A stretch of 64,000 bases of DNA from a bacterium BMS3Abin08 (GTDB taxonomy: Bacteria; Nitrospirota; Thermodesulfovibrionia; Thermodesulfovibrionales; JdFR-85). The translations under genes were made by a program, and so were the position numbers. Shown piece after piece: positions 26,728 to 36,522 of the stretch (position 1 is its first letter; every line of letters begins with the position of its first letter). The DNA is taken from NCBI GenBank assembly GCA_002897935.1, contig BDTA01000096.1, positions 9,679-73,678 of the forward strand, read 5' to 3'. The notes below the pieces were generated by a model. The model ran no database searches, was not told the DNA's origin, and saw only the letters and a program-made list of their open reading frames with translations.

Positions 26728-26729
26728 TT

Positions 26730-27074
26730 ATGAGATATAGGTGGCATACAGGTTCGTTTGCCTGGCTCATTCACAGGATTGCAGGGATTATGCTTACACT
26801 CTATATATTTCTTCACCTTTACGTGCTCAGTCACCTGAAAGATCCCGTGGGTTATAAAACACTGCTGTCCCTGATGAAAAACCCCCTTGTGATTCTGAGC
26901 GAGATAGGGCTCCTATCACTTGTGCTGGTTCATGCCCTCAACGGTCTCAGGTTGACCCTTCTTGATCTTGGTATCCCGACAAAGGCTCAAAAGCTCCTTT
27001 TTCTGCTTTCTCTTGTTATTGGCGTTGTTGTCTTTTTGCTCGGAAGTGTTCCCTTGATCAGGGAGGTTCTGTAA
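26730..27074 (+). CDS. sdhC: Succinate dehydrogenase membrane anchor / cytochrome b subunit (SdhC-like)
   Basis: 114 aa, three predicted TM helices. 'GSFAWLIHRIAGIMLTLYIFLHL' shows the SdhC-type His pattern. Confidence 0.65.
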   Translation: MRYRWHTGSFAWLIHRIAGIMLTLYIFLHLYVLSHLKDPVGYKTLLSLMKNPLVILSEIGLLSLVLVHALNGLRLTLLDLGIPTKAQKLLFLLSLVIGVVVFLLGSVPLIREVL

Positions 27075-27394
27075 TGGGTGTGTTAGCGTGGTTTTTGCAG
27101 AGGATCAGCGGAGTCGTCCTTTTTCTTGGATTGGTTGTGCATTTTTACGTCATGCATTACAGTGGCGAGGGTCAGATCGGGTACGATGCTGTAATGGCCA
27201 GACTGAGAAACCCATTCTGGATAACCTTTGACGTTCTGTTCCTTGTTTTCGTTATCTATCATGGCTTTAATGGAATATGGGGGATAGTGGTGGAGTATAT
27301 TGCTTCCTCTACCTTAAGAAGGGTTTGCCATAGAATTCTTCTTGCATCCTCGTTTATCCTGCTGGGTGCGGGTGTTTATATTGTCGTTTCATAA
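27074..27394 (+). CDS. sdhD: Succinate dehydrogenase hydrophobic anchor subunit (SdhD-like)
   Basis: 106 aa, three TM helices, 'FLQRISGVVLFLGLVVHFYVMH'. The start overlaps the sdhC stop by 1 nt. Confidence 0.6.
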   Translation: MGVLAWFLQRISGVVLFLGLVVHFYVMHYSGEGQIGYDAVMARLRNPFWITFDVLFLVFVIYHGFNGIWGIVVEYIASSTLRRVCHRILLASSFILLGAGVYIVVS

Positions 27395-27527
27395 GGGATT
27401 GAAAAAAAGGAACCTTTTCCTATAAAGTTTACTGTGTTCCCCGGATAGTACAAACCTGAAAAGAGGTGTCCTTATAAATTATTTTTCTCATCATAATAAT
27501 CTCATGATCAACCGGAGGTGAAGCCAT

Positions 27528-28622
27528 ATGGAGAGAATCAGGATCGCAGTGATTGGCGTTGGCAACTGTGCAAATTCACTTATTCAGGGGATTTACTATT
27601 ACAGGGACAAGGCCCCTGAAGATGCTGTCGGGCTTATGCACTGGGATGTTGGCGGCTACACCCCTGGGGATATTGAGGTTGTTGCAGCCTTTGATGTTGA
27701 TGCAAGGAAGGTCGGTTGTGATCTGAGTGAAGCCATTTTTGCGCCGCCTAACTGTACTAAGGTCTTTAAAGAGGATATCCCCGTAACCGGCGTAAAGGTG
27801 GCCATGGGGCGGGTGATGGATGGTGTGGCCGACCATATGAAGGATTATCCGGAGGATGAGACCTTTGTGGTTTCTGACGGGCCTGAAGCGGATGTGGTAA
27901 GTGTACTTGAAGAAAATGGTGCGGAAATAGTTCTTAATTACCTGCCCGTTGGTTCCGAGGATGCTACAAGGTACTATGCGGGGTGCTGTCTTGAGGCAGG
28001 GGTTGCCTTCATTAACTGCATGCCCGTCTTCATTGCATCCGATCCTTCATGGGCGAATAAATTCATGGAAAAAGGGGTCCCGGTAGTGGGTGATGATATT
28101 AAGGCCCAGATTGGTGCGACAATAACTCACAGGACACTGGCAAAGCTCTTTGCCGACAGGGGTGTCACGCTTGACAGGACCTATCAGATGAATACGGGCG
28201 GAAACACGGATTTTCTCAATATGCTTGCCCCTGAGAGACTGAAATCCAAGAAGATCTCCAAAACGGAGGCCGTTCAGTCGGTGTTGCCCAAGCCCCTTGA
28301 TGAAAGGAATATTCATATCGGGCCATCCGATTACATCCCGTGGTTAAAGGACAACAAGGTCTGTTTTCTCAGAATGGAAGGCAGTATCTTTGGCGGGGTC
28401 CCGATGAATGTTGAACTCAGGCTCTCTGTCGAGGACTCCCCCAACTCCGCAGGATGTGCCATAGACGCCATCAGATGCTCCAAGATTGCCCTGGACAGGG
28501 GTATAGGCGGCCCGCTTCTCTCAATTTCTTCATATACAATGAAACACCCGCTGCAGCAGTTCTCTGATAACCGGGCAAGACAGATGGTTGAAGAGTTTAT
28601 AGAAGATAAAAGAGAGCGTTAA
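27528..28622 (+). CDS. ino1: myo-Inositol-1-phosphate synthase (short prokaryotic type)
   Basis: 'IRIAVIGVGNCANSLIQGIYYY', 'IEVVAAFDVDARKVG', 'VLNYLPVGSE'. 364 aa. Confidence 0.8.
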   Translation: MERIRIAVIGVGNCANSLIQGIYYYRDKAPEDAVGLMHWDVGGYTPGDIEVVAAFDVDARKVGCDLSEAIFAPPNCTKVFKEDIPVTGVKVAMGRVMDGVADHMKDYPEDETFVVSDGPEADVVSVLEENGAEIVLNYLPVGSEDATRYYAGCCLEAGVAFINCMPVFIASDPSWANKFMEKGVPVVGDDIKAQIGATITHRTLAKLFADRGVTLDRTYQMNTGGNTDFLNMLAPERLKSKKISKTEAVQSVLPKPLDERNIHIGPSDYIPWLKDNKVCFLRMEGSIFGGVPMNVELRLSVEDSPNSAGCAIDAIRCSKIALDRGIGGPLLSISSYTMKHPLQQFSDNRARQMVEEFIEDKRER

Positions 28623-28623
28623 G

Positions 28624-28665
28624 ATGAAGGCGGTAATTATTGCTGCCGGCGTGGGACCCGGATGA
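28624..28665 (+). pseudogene. 13-codon remnant resembling the N-terminus of a sugar/inositol-phosphate nucleotidyltransferase
   Basis: MKAVIIAAGVGPG-TGA. In a shifted frame the sequence reads GTRM, restoring the 'AAGxGTRM' motif with one nucleotide missing. The downstream sequence is not transferase-like. Confidence 0.3.
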
Positions 28666-28833
28666 GATCCGCTGAGAGGGGGAAAGCCATTACCCATCCG
28701 CCCCCGGTTGACCCACGACTCAAACGGCGGATTTGGGAAATAATTCGCCTGTTGAAAGAATTCGTCCTTCTTGGCTATACTATCCTATCCGGCGGGTTAT
28801 TATTTTAAAGATAGAGGAAAGGAGTATGACCAG

Positions 28834-29283
28834 ATGAAGGTAATTATTAAGGAGGATATCGAGAACCTTGGAAACATGGGTGACATTGTAAATGTAAAAG
28901 ATGGTTACGCAAGGAACTATCTCATCCCTAAAAACCTTGCCGTTGAGGCAAACCCAAGGAATATAAAAGAGTTTGAGCATCACAGGCGGATTATTCAGGA
29001 GAAGGCAAACACGATTAAAAATTCCGCCCAGATCCTTGCAGATAAACTCTCTTCAAAACCGATAGTTATTAAGGCAAAGGCAGGTGAGAAGGATAAGCTG
29101 TTTGGTTCGGTTACGAATATTGATATTGAGAATGCCCTTAAAGTGGAGGGCTTTGAGATTGACCGCAAGAAGATTTTGCTTGAAGAACCGATTAAACGTC
29201 TCGGCGAGTATACGGTATCAGTCAAACTCCATCCTGAAGTTAAAACCAGTCTCACGGTACGGGTAGAGAAGGAAGAGGAGTAA
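28834..29283 (+). CDS. rplI: 50S ribosomal protein L9
   Basis: 'MKVIIKEDIENLGNMGDIVNVKDGYARNYLIPKNLA', with AAGGAG upstream. Confidence 0.9.
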   Translation: MKVIIKEDIENLGNMGDIVNVKDGYARNYLIPKNLAVEANPRNIKEFEHHRRIIQEKANTIKNSAQILADKLSSKPIVIKAKAGEKDKLFGSVTNIDIENALKVEGFEIDRKKILLEEPIKRLGEYTVSVKLHPEVKTSLTVRVEKEEE

Positions 29284-29446
29284 TACCCGCATCAAGCGCT
29301 ACCGGGGTCAATTAAAGTCGTCAGCAGCATATATTTGAGGCTGTCTGCACTGCGGTCACGAAGTGCCTATCAGGTATTACAGTCAAGCTCCCCGATCAAA
29401 GGTCGGGGCTTCGGCAAGGTGCATTGTAAAGGAAGTTTTTGGTAAT

Positions 29447-30820
29447 ATGGCTATTTCTACCCTCGATCAGACCCTTGATAAACTTCCGCCCCAGAACCTG
29501 GAGGCAGAGCAGTCCATACTCGGGGCAATCCTGCTCGATAACGAGGCACTGCTCAAGGCCCTCGATGTAACCACCATCGAGGATTTTTACCGTAACTCCC
29601 ACCGTAAGATCTTCACCGCGATGCTGGAACTCTTTGACAGGAACGAGGCAATTGATCTTATTACCCTTACCGATCATCTCAAGATGAGAAACCAGCTTGA
29701 TGAGATAGGTGGGGTGTCCTACCTTACAACGCTCGTTAATACCGTCCCGACTTCAGCCAATATAAGACATCATTGCAGGATTGTGAGAGAGAAGGCGCTC
29801 ATGAGGGGGTTGGTTACTTCTGTAACCCAGATTGCAACGATGGTATATGAAGAGAATCTGCCTGCAGATGATCTTGTGGATGCTGCCGAGAAGAAGATAT
29901 TTGAGATATCGGACAGGAGAGTTAAATCCGCTTTTGCAAAGCTCAAGGATCTGATCAAGGACAGTTTCGAGATGATAGAGCAACTCTATGACAGGAAGGA
30001 ATCCATAACAGGGGTGCCCTCCGGCTTCAGGGATCTCGATGACCTTACCACGGGTTTTCAGAATGGAGACCTGATCATTATAGGTGGGAGGCCCTCTATG
30101 GGAAAGACCGCCTTTGCACTTAATATTGCCCAGCATGTAGGGGTTGAGATGAATGAGCCTGTTGCCATCTTCAGCCTTGAGATGTCAAAGCGCCAGCTTG
30201 CATTGAGGATGCTCTGCTCCGAGGCGATGATCGATTCCAACAGTGTGAGGAAGGGGTTTATCAGGAAGGAAGACTGGCACAAACTCACATCTGCAGCCGG
30301 TAAGCTGGCAGAGGCCCCGGTTTATATTGATGATTCTTCAAATATTTCAGTTCTCGAGATGAGAGCCAAGGCAAGAAGGCTGAAGATGGAACACGGCCTG
30401 AGCCTCGTTATTGTTGACTACCTGCAGCTCATGAGGGGGAAGTCCGCCTTTGAAAGGAGGGAACAGGAGATCTCCGATATCTCAAGGTCCCTGAAGGCCC
30501 TGGCCAAGGAGCTTGAGTTGCCGGTGATCGCCCTGAGTCAGTTGAACAGAGGGGTTGAACAGAGGACGGATAAAAGACCATCACTTGCAGACCTGAGGGA
30601 ATCAGGGGCACTTGAGCAGGATGCAGATGTGATTGTGTTCCTATACAGGGATGAGGTATATAACAGGAAGAGTCCCGATAATAAGGGGATGGCCGAGATT
30701 ATAATCGCAAAGCAGAGAAACGGGCCGACCGCCACGGTGAACCTTGCCTTTATCTCCAGTTGCACCAGGTTTACCGACTATACAGACCGTGCCTACGATG
30801 TGGAAGAGGAGGTGTTCTGA
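29447..30820 (+). CDS. dnaB: Replicative DNA helicase
   Basis: 'PPQNLEAEQSILGAILLDNE', Walker A 'GGRPSMGKTAFALN', 'IVDYLQLM', 'SQLNRGVEQR', 'IIAKQRNGPT'. Confidence 0.92.
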   Translation: MAISTLDQTLDKLPPQNLEAEQSILGAILLDNEALLKALDVTTIEDFYRNSHRKIFTAMLELFDRNEAIDLITLTDHLKMRNQLDEIGGVSYLTTLVNTVPTSANIRHHCRIVREKALMRGLVTSVTQIATMVYEENLPADDLVDAAEKKIFEISDRRVKSAFAKLKDLIKDSFEMIEQLYDRKESITGVPSGFRDLDDLTTGFQNGDLIIIGGRPSMGKTAFALNIAQHVGVEMNEPVAIFSLEMSKRQLALRMLCSEAMIDSNSVRKGFIRKEDWHKLTSAAGKLAEAPVYIDDSSNISVLEMRAKARRLKMEHGLSLVIVDYLQLMRGKSAFERREQEISDISRSLKALAKELELPVIALSQLNRGVEQRTDKRPSLADLRESGALEQDADVIVFLYRDEVYNRKSPDNKGMAEIIIAKQRNGPTATVNLAFISSCTRFTDYTDRAYDVEEEVF

Positions 30821-31623
30821 TGGTACGTGAACCCGCAGTGGCCGGACAGTTCTACAAGGGCACCCCTGACCTCCTTTCAAGGGAGATTCAGTCGTATATT
30901 CTTGACTCACCCAAAGAGAGGGTCATTGGTGCCGTCTGTCCCCATGCCGGGCTTATGTATTCAGGTCATGTCGCCGGGGCGGTTTATTCCAGGATAGAGT
31001 TGCCGGACACCCTAATTCTGATCGGACCCAACCATACGGGGCTTGGAAGTGCTGTCTCAATCTATCCCGAGGGAAGATGGATCATACCAACGGGGAGTTT
31101 TGATGTAGACGAGGTCCTTGCACACAGGATATATTCAAATGCGGCTGATGTTATAACAAAGGACACCAAGGCCCATCTCTTCGAGCATTCCATCGAGGTG
31201 CAGTTACCCTTTATTGCATTTTTTGAAAAATCCGTAAAGATTGTCCCTATCGTGATAATGCAGGCTTCAGTTGAGGAGTGCAGGGCGGTGGGTGAGGCCA
31301 TCTCCGATGCAACAAGGAAAACCGGAAGGGAAGTGATGATAATCGCCAGTTCCGATATGAGCCATTATGTCTCGGACTCAGAGGCAAGGATCCTTGACAG
31401 GCTGGCCATTGACAGGATTGTAGCCCTTGACCCCGAGGGCCTGTATAATACCGTTGTTTCAAAACGGATTACAATGTGTGGATATATGCCTGTTGCCATA
31501 ATGTTGTATGCAGCCCTTGGTCTTGGTGCAACTCACGCCGAACTTGTCGGTTATGCCACGTCGGGTGAGGTCAGCGGCGACTATGATTATGTGGTTGGTT
31601 ATGCGGGTATCGTGGTAAAATAA
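30820..31623 (+). CDS. Memo-like / AmmeMemoRadiSam system protein B family
   Basis: 'REPAVAGQFYKG', 'CPHAGLMYSGHVAG', 'GPNHTG', 'SSDMSHY'. The ATG overlaps the dnaB TGA. Confidence 0.8.
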   Translation: MVREPAVAGQFYKGTPDLLSREIQSYILDSPKERVIGAVCPHAGLMYSGHVAGAVYSRIELPDTLILIGPNHTGLGSAVSIYPEGRWIIPTGSFDVDEVLAHRIYSNAADVITKDTKAHLFEHSIEVQLPFIAFFEKSVKIVPIVIMQASVEECRAVGEAISDATRKTGREVMIIASSDMSHYVSDSEARILDRLAIDRIVALDPEGLYNTVVSKRITMCGYMPVAIMLYAALGLGATHAELVGYATSGEVSGDYDYVVGYAGIVVK

Positions 31624-31702
31624 AATTCTACCTGTCATATCCTATGTCCCCCCCGGTTTAACTCTGACGGGATGTTGCCCGGATTGCAAAGATGCCTGTT
31701 AT

Positions 31703-31922
31703 CGTCATTCCGTCATTCCGGCTTGTCCGGAATCGTTACTTGAGAAGGATTCCCGACGCGCTTCACTTGCGGGAATGACAAATACATGTAGTTGCCGTCA
31801 TGCCGTAGCGGTTGTTGTCCTGTCATTCCGGCTTGTCCGGAATCGTTACTTGAGAAGGATTCCCGGGTCCCGAATACGTTCGGGATTGCGGGAATGACAA
31901 GTGACCGTAATTTATACACAAC
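31703..31922. repeat. Cluster of GTCATTCC-hairpin modules
   Basis: Two copies of GTCATTCCGGCTTGTCCGGAATCGTTACTTGAGAAGGATTCCCG..., ending in ...CGTAATTTATACACAAC. Confidence 0.7.
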
Positions 31923-32160
31923 CTCTAATTCGGAGGTGGGGGTGATTAAGATGCTGTTACCACCCACCCCAGCATTGATATTAGATACCCCGGACATGAT
32001 TCGGGATTCAGCATGAGACAACACACGGTTTATGGGTTTTTCAACGGCCTTGAAGAGAGGGAACGGGTGTTTGCCTGAAGACCACCCCTGTCATCAAGGC
32101 CTGGGATATGACCTTGAGGCTGAACAATCCGCGACAAGGCTGGGATGCGAGGCAATGCAT

Positions 32161-32832
32161 ATGGACGAATCTGTTGATAAGAGGAGAAACCCGAGGTTCG
32201 AGGTTGAAGGGGTAAGCGGATTTCTTACCTTCTCCCTTGATGTCAGGATATTGAACATGAGCCTCGAGGGAATGGCAGTTGAGACAAACAGGCTCTTAAG
32301 TGTCAACTCTGATTATATTGTGAAGATTGTACATGGAGATGACCGGCTTGAACTCAAGGGCAAGGTTGTATGGTCTACACTGGACAGGACCGTCAAGCTT
32401 CCCGAAGGCGAGGTCCTCCCGGTGTACAGGGCGGGTATACAGTTTCTGGATTCACTGGATCAGAAGACCAAGTACATAATAGGTTTTATTCAGGACAACA
32501 GGATTGTAACCCTCGAGAAACGGATCCTCGGCAGATTCAAGATCAATGAAAAGAGCGCTCTGATACATTATCCGCAGGATTTTGTTGTGAGAAGGATGAG
32601 TCTTTCAGGCATGCTGATTGAAACAGAGATGCCTCTTGAGCCGGAATACAGGGCGGAGATGATCGTCAGGGTATCAGATGGTAAAGAGGTGCCTTTTAGC
32701 GGACGTGTCGCCCATGTCATACCACCAAAAGAAGGTGAAAGTTTTTACCGTATCGGGATTGAATTTGCCTCGATTAGCAAGAGCAACCTGGAGGTAATTA
32801 AGGACTTTCTGGGTTCACTTGACGGCATTTGA
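32161..32832 (+). CDS. Tandem PilZ-domain protein (putative c-di-GMP binding)
   Basis: 'RRNPRFEV' (RxxxR) + 'ILNMSLEGMAVET' (DxSxxG-like). A second domain carries 'RRMSLSGMLIET'. Confidence 0.7.
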   Translation: MDESVDKRRNPRFEVEGVSGFLTFSLDVRILNMSLEGMAVETNRLLSVNSDYIVKIVHGDDRLELKGKVVWSTLDRTVKLPEGEVLPVYRAGIQFLDSLDQKTKYIIGFIQDNRIVTLEKRILGRFKINEKSALIHYPQDFVVRRMSLSGMLIETEMPLEPEYRAEMIVRVSDGKEVPFSGRVAHVIPPKEGESFYRIGIEFASISKSNLEVIKDFLGSLDGI

Positions 32833-32893
32833 CTTTTTTGGCGGAAATGGATTTAAATATATAGTCAACATCAGGTACATTAGGAGGTTATAA

Positions 32894-33211
32894 ATGTTAG
32901 CGGTTATTGAGACAGGTGGTAAACAGTACAGGGTTAAAAACGGTCAGATGATAAAGGTTGAGAAGGTAGCTGCTGAAAAAGGGGAGACCATAGATATAGA
33001 CAGAGTGCTGATGGTTTCCGACGATGACAATACCGTGATAGGAAAGCCCTTTGTTGAAGGGGCTAAGGTCAGGGCTAAGGTGCTTGATACCTATAAGGAC
33101 AGGAAGGTCCTTGTCTTTAGAAAGAAACCACGCAAGGGTTTCAAGAGCCTGAGAGGCCACAGGCAGCTTGTATCAAAACTCCTGATTGAAGATATTGTAT
33201 ATGGAGGTTAA
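32894..33211 (+). CDS. rplU: 50S ribosomal protein L21
   Basis: '[14 protein letters not shown]'. 105 aa. Confidence 0.92.
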   Translation: MLAVIETGGKQYRVKNGQMIKVEKVAAEKGETIDIDRVLMVSDDDNTVIGKPFVEGAKVRAKVLDTYKDRKVLVFRKKPRKGFKSLRGHRQLVSKLLIEDIVYGG

Positions 33212-33213
33212 TT

Positions 33214-33474
33214 ATGGCTCATAAAAAGGGAGTGGGCAGTTCAAGAAACGGGCGTGACAGCCAGTCAAAGAGGCTCGGAGTCAAGAGGTACGGCGGACAG
33301 CTTGTGAAGGCTGGAAGTATACTTGTCAGGCAGAGAGGAACAAAGTTTCATCCCGGGTTTAATGTTAAGAGGGGTGGGGACGATACGCTCTATTCGCTGG
33401 TTGATGGTCATGTGAAGTTTGAGAGGAAGGACAGGAGAAGGCTTAAGGTGAGTGTCTATCCAGTAAGTGCATGA
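33214..33474 (+). CDS. rpmA: 50S ribosomal protein L27
   Basis: '[24 protein letters not shown]'. Confidence 0.92.
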   Translation: MAHKKGVGSSRNGRDSQSKRLGVKRYGGQLVKAGSILVRQRGTKFHPGFNVKRGGDDTLYSLVDGHVKFERKDRRRLKVSVYPVSA

Positions 33475-33495
33475 GTTGGTTGACCATATGCTATA

Positions 33496-33540
33496 ACAAC
33501 AAAAAAAACCCTGCTTGATTGCAGGGTTTTTTTTGTTGTC
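33496..33540. terminator. Rho-independent (bidirectional) terminator after rpmA
   Basis: ACAACAAAAAAAACCCTGC-ttgatt-GCAGGGTTTTTTTTGTTGT: a 19-nt perfect inverted repeat with a GC core and a U-tract. Confidence 0.85.
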
Positions 33541-33568
33541 TGAATTTATTGCCGGGATTGAGCATATT

Positions 33569-34888
33569 ATGGCAAAGGATGAGATAATCGCTATAATCGG
33601 TGGAGGCCTTGCCGGAAGCGAGGCTGCATGGCAGGCTCTCAGGAGGGGAATCCATGTCAGGTTATATGAGATGAGACCCCGGAAGATGACCGCTGCTCAT
33701 AAAACGGGTCTCCTGGGAGAACTTGTTTGTTCAAATTCCCTGAGGTCCGCCAATGAGTTTTCAGCTCCGGGGCTCCTGAAAAAGGAACTCTCAATGGGGG
33801 GCTCCCTCATAATGGAGGCTGCCCGTCAAACTGCTGTCCCTGCAGGCTCAGCCCTTGCCGTAGACAGAAGGCTCTTTGGAGAGTTTATTACGGAGAGGAT
33901 ATCATCACACCCCGATATTGAGATTATAAATGAAGAGGTTGATGAAATCAGGGAGAGGCCCTGTATTGTAGCAACCGGGCCACTAACCTCTGAGGCCCTT
34001 TCTGAAACCCTCGGGAGGATGCTTGGAGCGGATCATCTCTACTTTTATGACGCAATTGCTCCTATTGTTGATGCCGACAGTATTGACCATTCAAGGGTAT
34101 TCAGGGCATCGAGATATGGAAAGGGCGGTGATGATTACCTGAATTGTCCCATGAACAGGGAGGAATATGAACGGTTTTACAATGCCCTGATAGATGCCGA
34201 CAGTGTTTCGGCCCGTGAATTCGAGGATAAAAGGGTTTTTGAGGGATGTATGCCGATCGAGGTGATGGCCCGGAGGGGAAAGGACACACCGAGGTTTGGT
34301 CCGATGAAGCCGGTTGGCATCAGGGACCCGGGGACGGGCTCGGAGCCCTTTGCCGTGGTTCAGTTGAGGGTTGAAAATCGGGAAGAAACGGCATATAATA
34401 TCGTTGGGTTTCAGACGCGCTTGAAATGGCCGGAGCAAAAGAGGGTTTTCTCTCTGATCCCGGGACTTGAGAGGGCGGAGTTCCTGAGATTCGGCAGTAT
34501 TCACAGGAATACCTTTATTAACGGACCGGGGTTTTTAAACACCGACCTTACCCTGAAGGTCGACGAGGGCGTATACATTGCCGGACAGCTCTCAGGCGTG
34601 GAGGGCTATATAGAGTCAACTGCAATGGGTCTGATTTCAGGTATTAACGTATCAAGGAGCATACGGAAGAAGGGGTTTGCAGAGGTTCCCGTTGAGACGG
34701 CACACGGCGCGCTTCTCAGGTACATAACAGGCTCTTCCCCCGAGGGGTTCCAGCCAAGCAACATAAACTTCGGCCTCTTTCCCTCAACGGGCATCAGGAC
34801 GGGGGATAAGAGGAAGAGACGTGAAGAGATCGTGAAGAGGGCGCTCAACTGCTGGGAAGACTACCTGAACAGGATCGGCAATGGATAA
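33569..34888 (+). CDS. trmFO: Methylenetetrahydrofolate--tRNA-(uracil-5-)-methyltransferase
   Basis: 'IIAIIGGGLAGSEAAWQ', 'ELVCSNSLR', 'IAGQLSGVEGYIESTAMG'. Confidence 0.88.
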   Translation: MAKDEIIAIIGGGLAGSEAAWQALRRGIHVRLYEMRPRKMTAAHKTGLLGELVCSNSLRSANEFSAPGLLKKELSMGGSLIMEAARQTAVPAGSALAVDRRLFGEFITERISSHPDIEIINEEVDEIRERPCIVATGPLTSEALSETLGRMLGADHLYFYDAIAPIVDADSIDHSRVFRASRYGKGGDDYLNCPMNREEYERFYNALIDADSVSAREFEDKRVFEGCMPIEVMARRGKDTPRFGPMKPVGIRDPGTGSEPFAVVQLRVENREETAYNIVGFQTRLKWPEQKRVFSLIPGLERAEFLRFGSIHRNTFINGPGFLNTDLTLKVDEGVYIAGQLSGVEGYIESTAMGLISGINVSRSIRKKGFAEVPVETAHGALLRYITGSSPEGFQPSNINFGLFPSTGIRTGDKRKRREEIVKRALNCWEDYLNRIGNG

Positions 34889-35768
34889 GTACATTGCCGG
34901 TTTTCTGAAGTATATCGAGGTGGAGCAGGGCTGTTCCAGCCATACGATCAGGGCATACAGGAAGGACCTGAAGGACTTCTTCTCCTTTATTAAAAAGTCC
35001 CCCCTTGATGTGGAGATAACGGATATACGGGGTTTCCTTGCCCACAGGCTCAGGGCCGGAATGGAGAAGACCTCCGTAAGCAGGCAGCTTGCAACACTGA
35101 GGTCATTCTTCGGTTTTCTCCATAGAGATGGGTATACCCCTTTCAACCCGGCACGTCTTGTTCCATCGCCTAAGAAGGAGCAGAGGCTTCCGAGGTTTCT
35201 CTCGGTGGATGAGATTTTTGAACTTGTCGAGAGGCCCGATGATATAGGGTTTATCCAGACGAGGGACAGGGCCATTCTTGAGCTGCTCTACTCAAGCGGC
35301 CTGAGGGTAGGGGAACTGGCGGCCCTCAGGATGGACAGCATGAACCTCAAGGAGGGGCTTGTAAAGGTAGAGGGGAAGAGGAAAAAGGAGAGGATTGTCC
35401 CTGTCGGCAGAAGCGCAGCGGATGCATTGAGGACCTACATGGTTGAGAGGGCATTGCTAAAAAAGGATACGGACCATCTGTTTCTGAACAGGATGGGCAC
35501 CCCCCTTTCGGGTAGGAGTATACGAAGGATTGTAGTCAAGTATGCGAGGTTAACCGGGATAAGTGGAAAGGTTGGTCCTCATATACTGAGACATACCTTT
35601 GCGACACACCTCCTGCATGAAGGGGCGGACCTCAGGGTCATACAGGAACTCCTCGGCCACAGTTCCCTTTCATCAACGCAGGTCTATACCCATCTCGATC
35701 TCAGGAAACTGATCGATATATACGACCGGAGCCACCCCCTTGCAAAGAGGAAAAGGGGAGAAAAATAG
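34881..35768 (+). CDS. xerC: Tyrosine recombinase XerC/XerD family
   Basis: 'RDRAILELLYSSGLRVGEL', 'HILRHTFATHLL', 'LGHSSLSSTQVYTHL'. Overlaps the trmFO end. Shows trmFO-xerC-hslVU synteny. Confidence 0.85.
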   Translation: MDKYIAGFLKYIEVEQGCSSHTIRAYRKDLKDFFSFIKKSPLDVEITDIRGFLAHRLRAGMEKTSVSRQLATLRSFFGFLHRDGYTPFNPARLVPSPKKEQRLPRFLSVDEIFELVERPDDIGFIQTRDRAILELLYSSGLRVGELAALRMDSMNLKEGLVKVEGKRKKERIVPVGRSAADALRTYMVERALLKKDTDHLFLNRMGTPLSGRSIRRIVVKYARLTGISGKVGPHILRHTFATHLLHEGADLRVIQELLGHSSLSSTQVYTHLDLRKLIDIYDRSHPLAKRKRGEK

Positions 35769-35792
35769 TATCGCTCTGGTATAATTAGAATA

Positions 35793-35924
35793 TGTGTATA
35801 AAATACGGTCATTTGTCATTCCCGCAAACGAAGTGCGTCGGGAATCCTTCTTATAGAACGATTCCCCGAACGCTTTCGGGGAATGACGGAAAAACGACAA
35901 CTGTTCGACTTTATAGACAGACAC
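35793..35924. repeat. MITE-like element, 'GTGTATAAA...TTTATAGACAGAC' family
   Basis: Near-identical to 15296-15432. Inserted between xerC and hslV. Confidence 0.75.
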
Positions 35925-35964
35925 TAATTTAGAAATGAGAACCAATATTTTGTCCCGGAGATGA

Positions 35965-36522
35965 ATGAATATGCTGGAGATGATGAAGATCTATGGTACA
36001 ACGATCCTCTGTGTAAGGAGGGCGGGAAGGGTTGCTATCGCCGGTGACGGACAGGTAACAATGGGCAATACCGTGCTGAAGCATAACGCACGGAAGGTCA
36101 GAAGGATGTATCAGGACAGGATAATCGCCGGGTTTGCAGGCGCTACCGCTGATGCCTTTACCCTCTTTGAGAAGTTCGAGGGAAAGCTGCAGGCCTTCCG
36201 GGGAAACCTGACAAGGGCTGCCGTAGAGCTTGCCAAGGAATGGAGAACGGACAAGATTTTAAGGCACCTCGAGGCCCTGCTCGTCGTTGCCGACAGGGAG
36301 ACAACCCTTGTCATCTCCGGTACAGGCGACGTTATTGATCCTGAAGGCGGAATTGCCGCTGTCGGTTCCGGAGGTCCCTATGCAGAAGCCGCTGCAAGGG
36401 CGCTTTACGAAAATACAGATCTCAATGCGAAGGAGATCGTTGAGAAGGCATTGAGAATTGCTTCAAGAATATGTATTTACACGAATGAACAGATTGTTAT
36501 AGAGGAGATTTTAGATGAATAG
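35965..36522 (+). CDS. hslV: ATP-dependent protease subunit HslV
   Basis: '[22 protein letters not shown]', '[12 protein letters not shown]'. The start codon is ambiguous (35965 or 35971). Confidence 0.9.
   Translation: MNMLEMMKIYGTTILCVRRAGRVAIAGDGQVTMGNTVLKHNARKVRRMYQDRIIAGFAGATADAFTLFEKFEGKLQAFRGNLTRAAVELAKEWRTDKILRHLEALLVVADRETTLVISGTGDVIDPEGGIAAVGSGGPYAEAAARALYENTDLNAKEIVEKALRIASRICIYTNEQIVIEEILDE

Noticed and set aside
29447-30820. A possible intein in DnaB.
   Set aside because: The length (457 aa) and the uninterrupted Walker A to 'SQLNR' to 'AKQRNG' order are those of an intein-free DnaB.
34881-35768. The tyrosine recombinase as a marker of an integrated mobile element.
   Set aside because: It has XerC/D-type motifs. 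It sits in the conserved trmFO-xerC-hslV-hslU arrangement known from Bacillus (gid-codV-clpQ-clpY) and overlaps trmFO. No att-like repeats or phage genes flank it.
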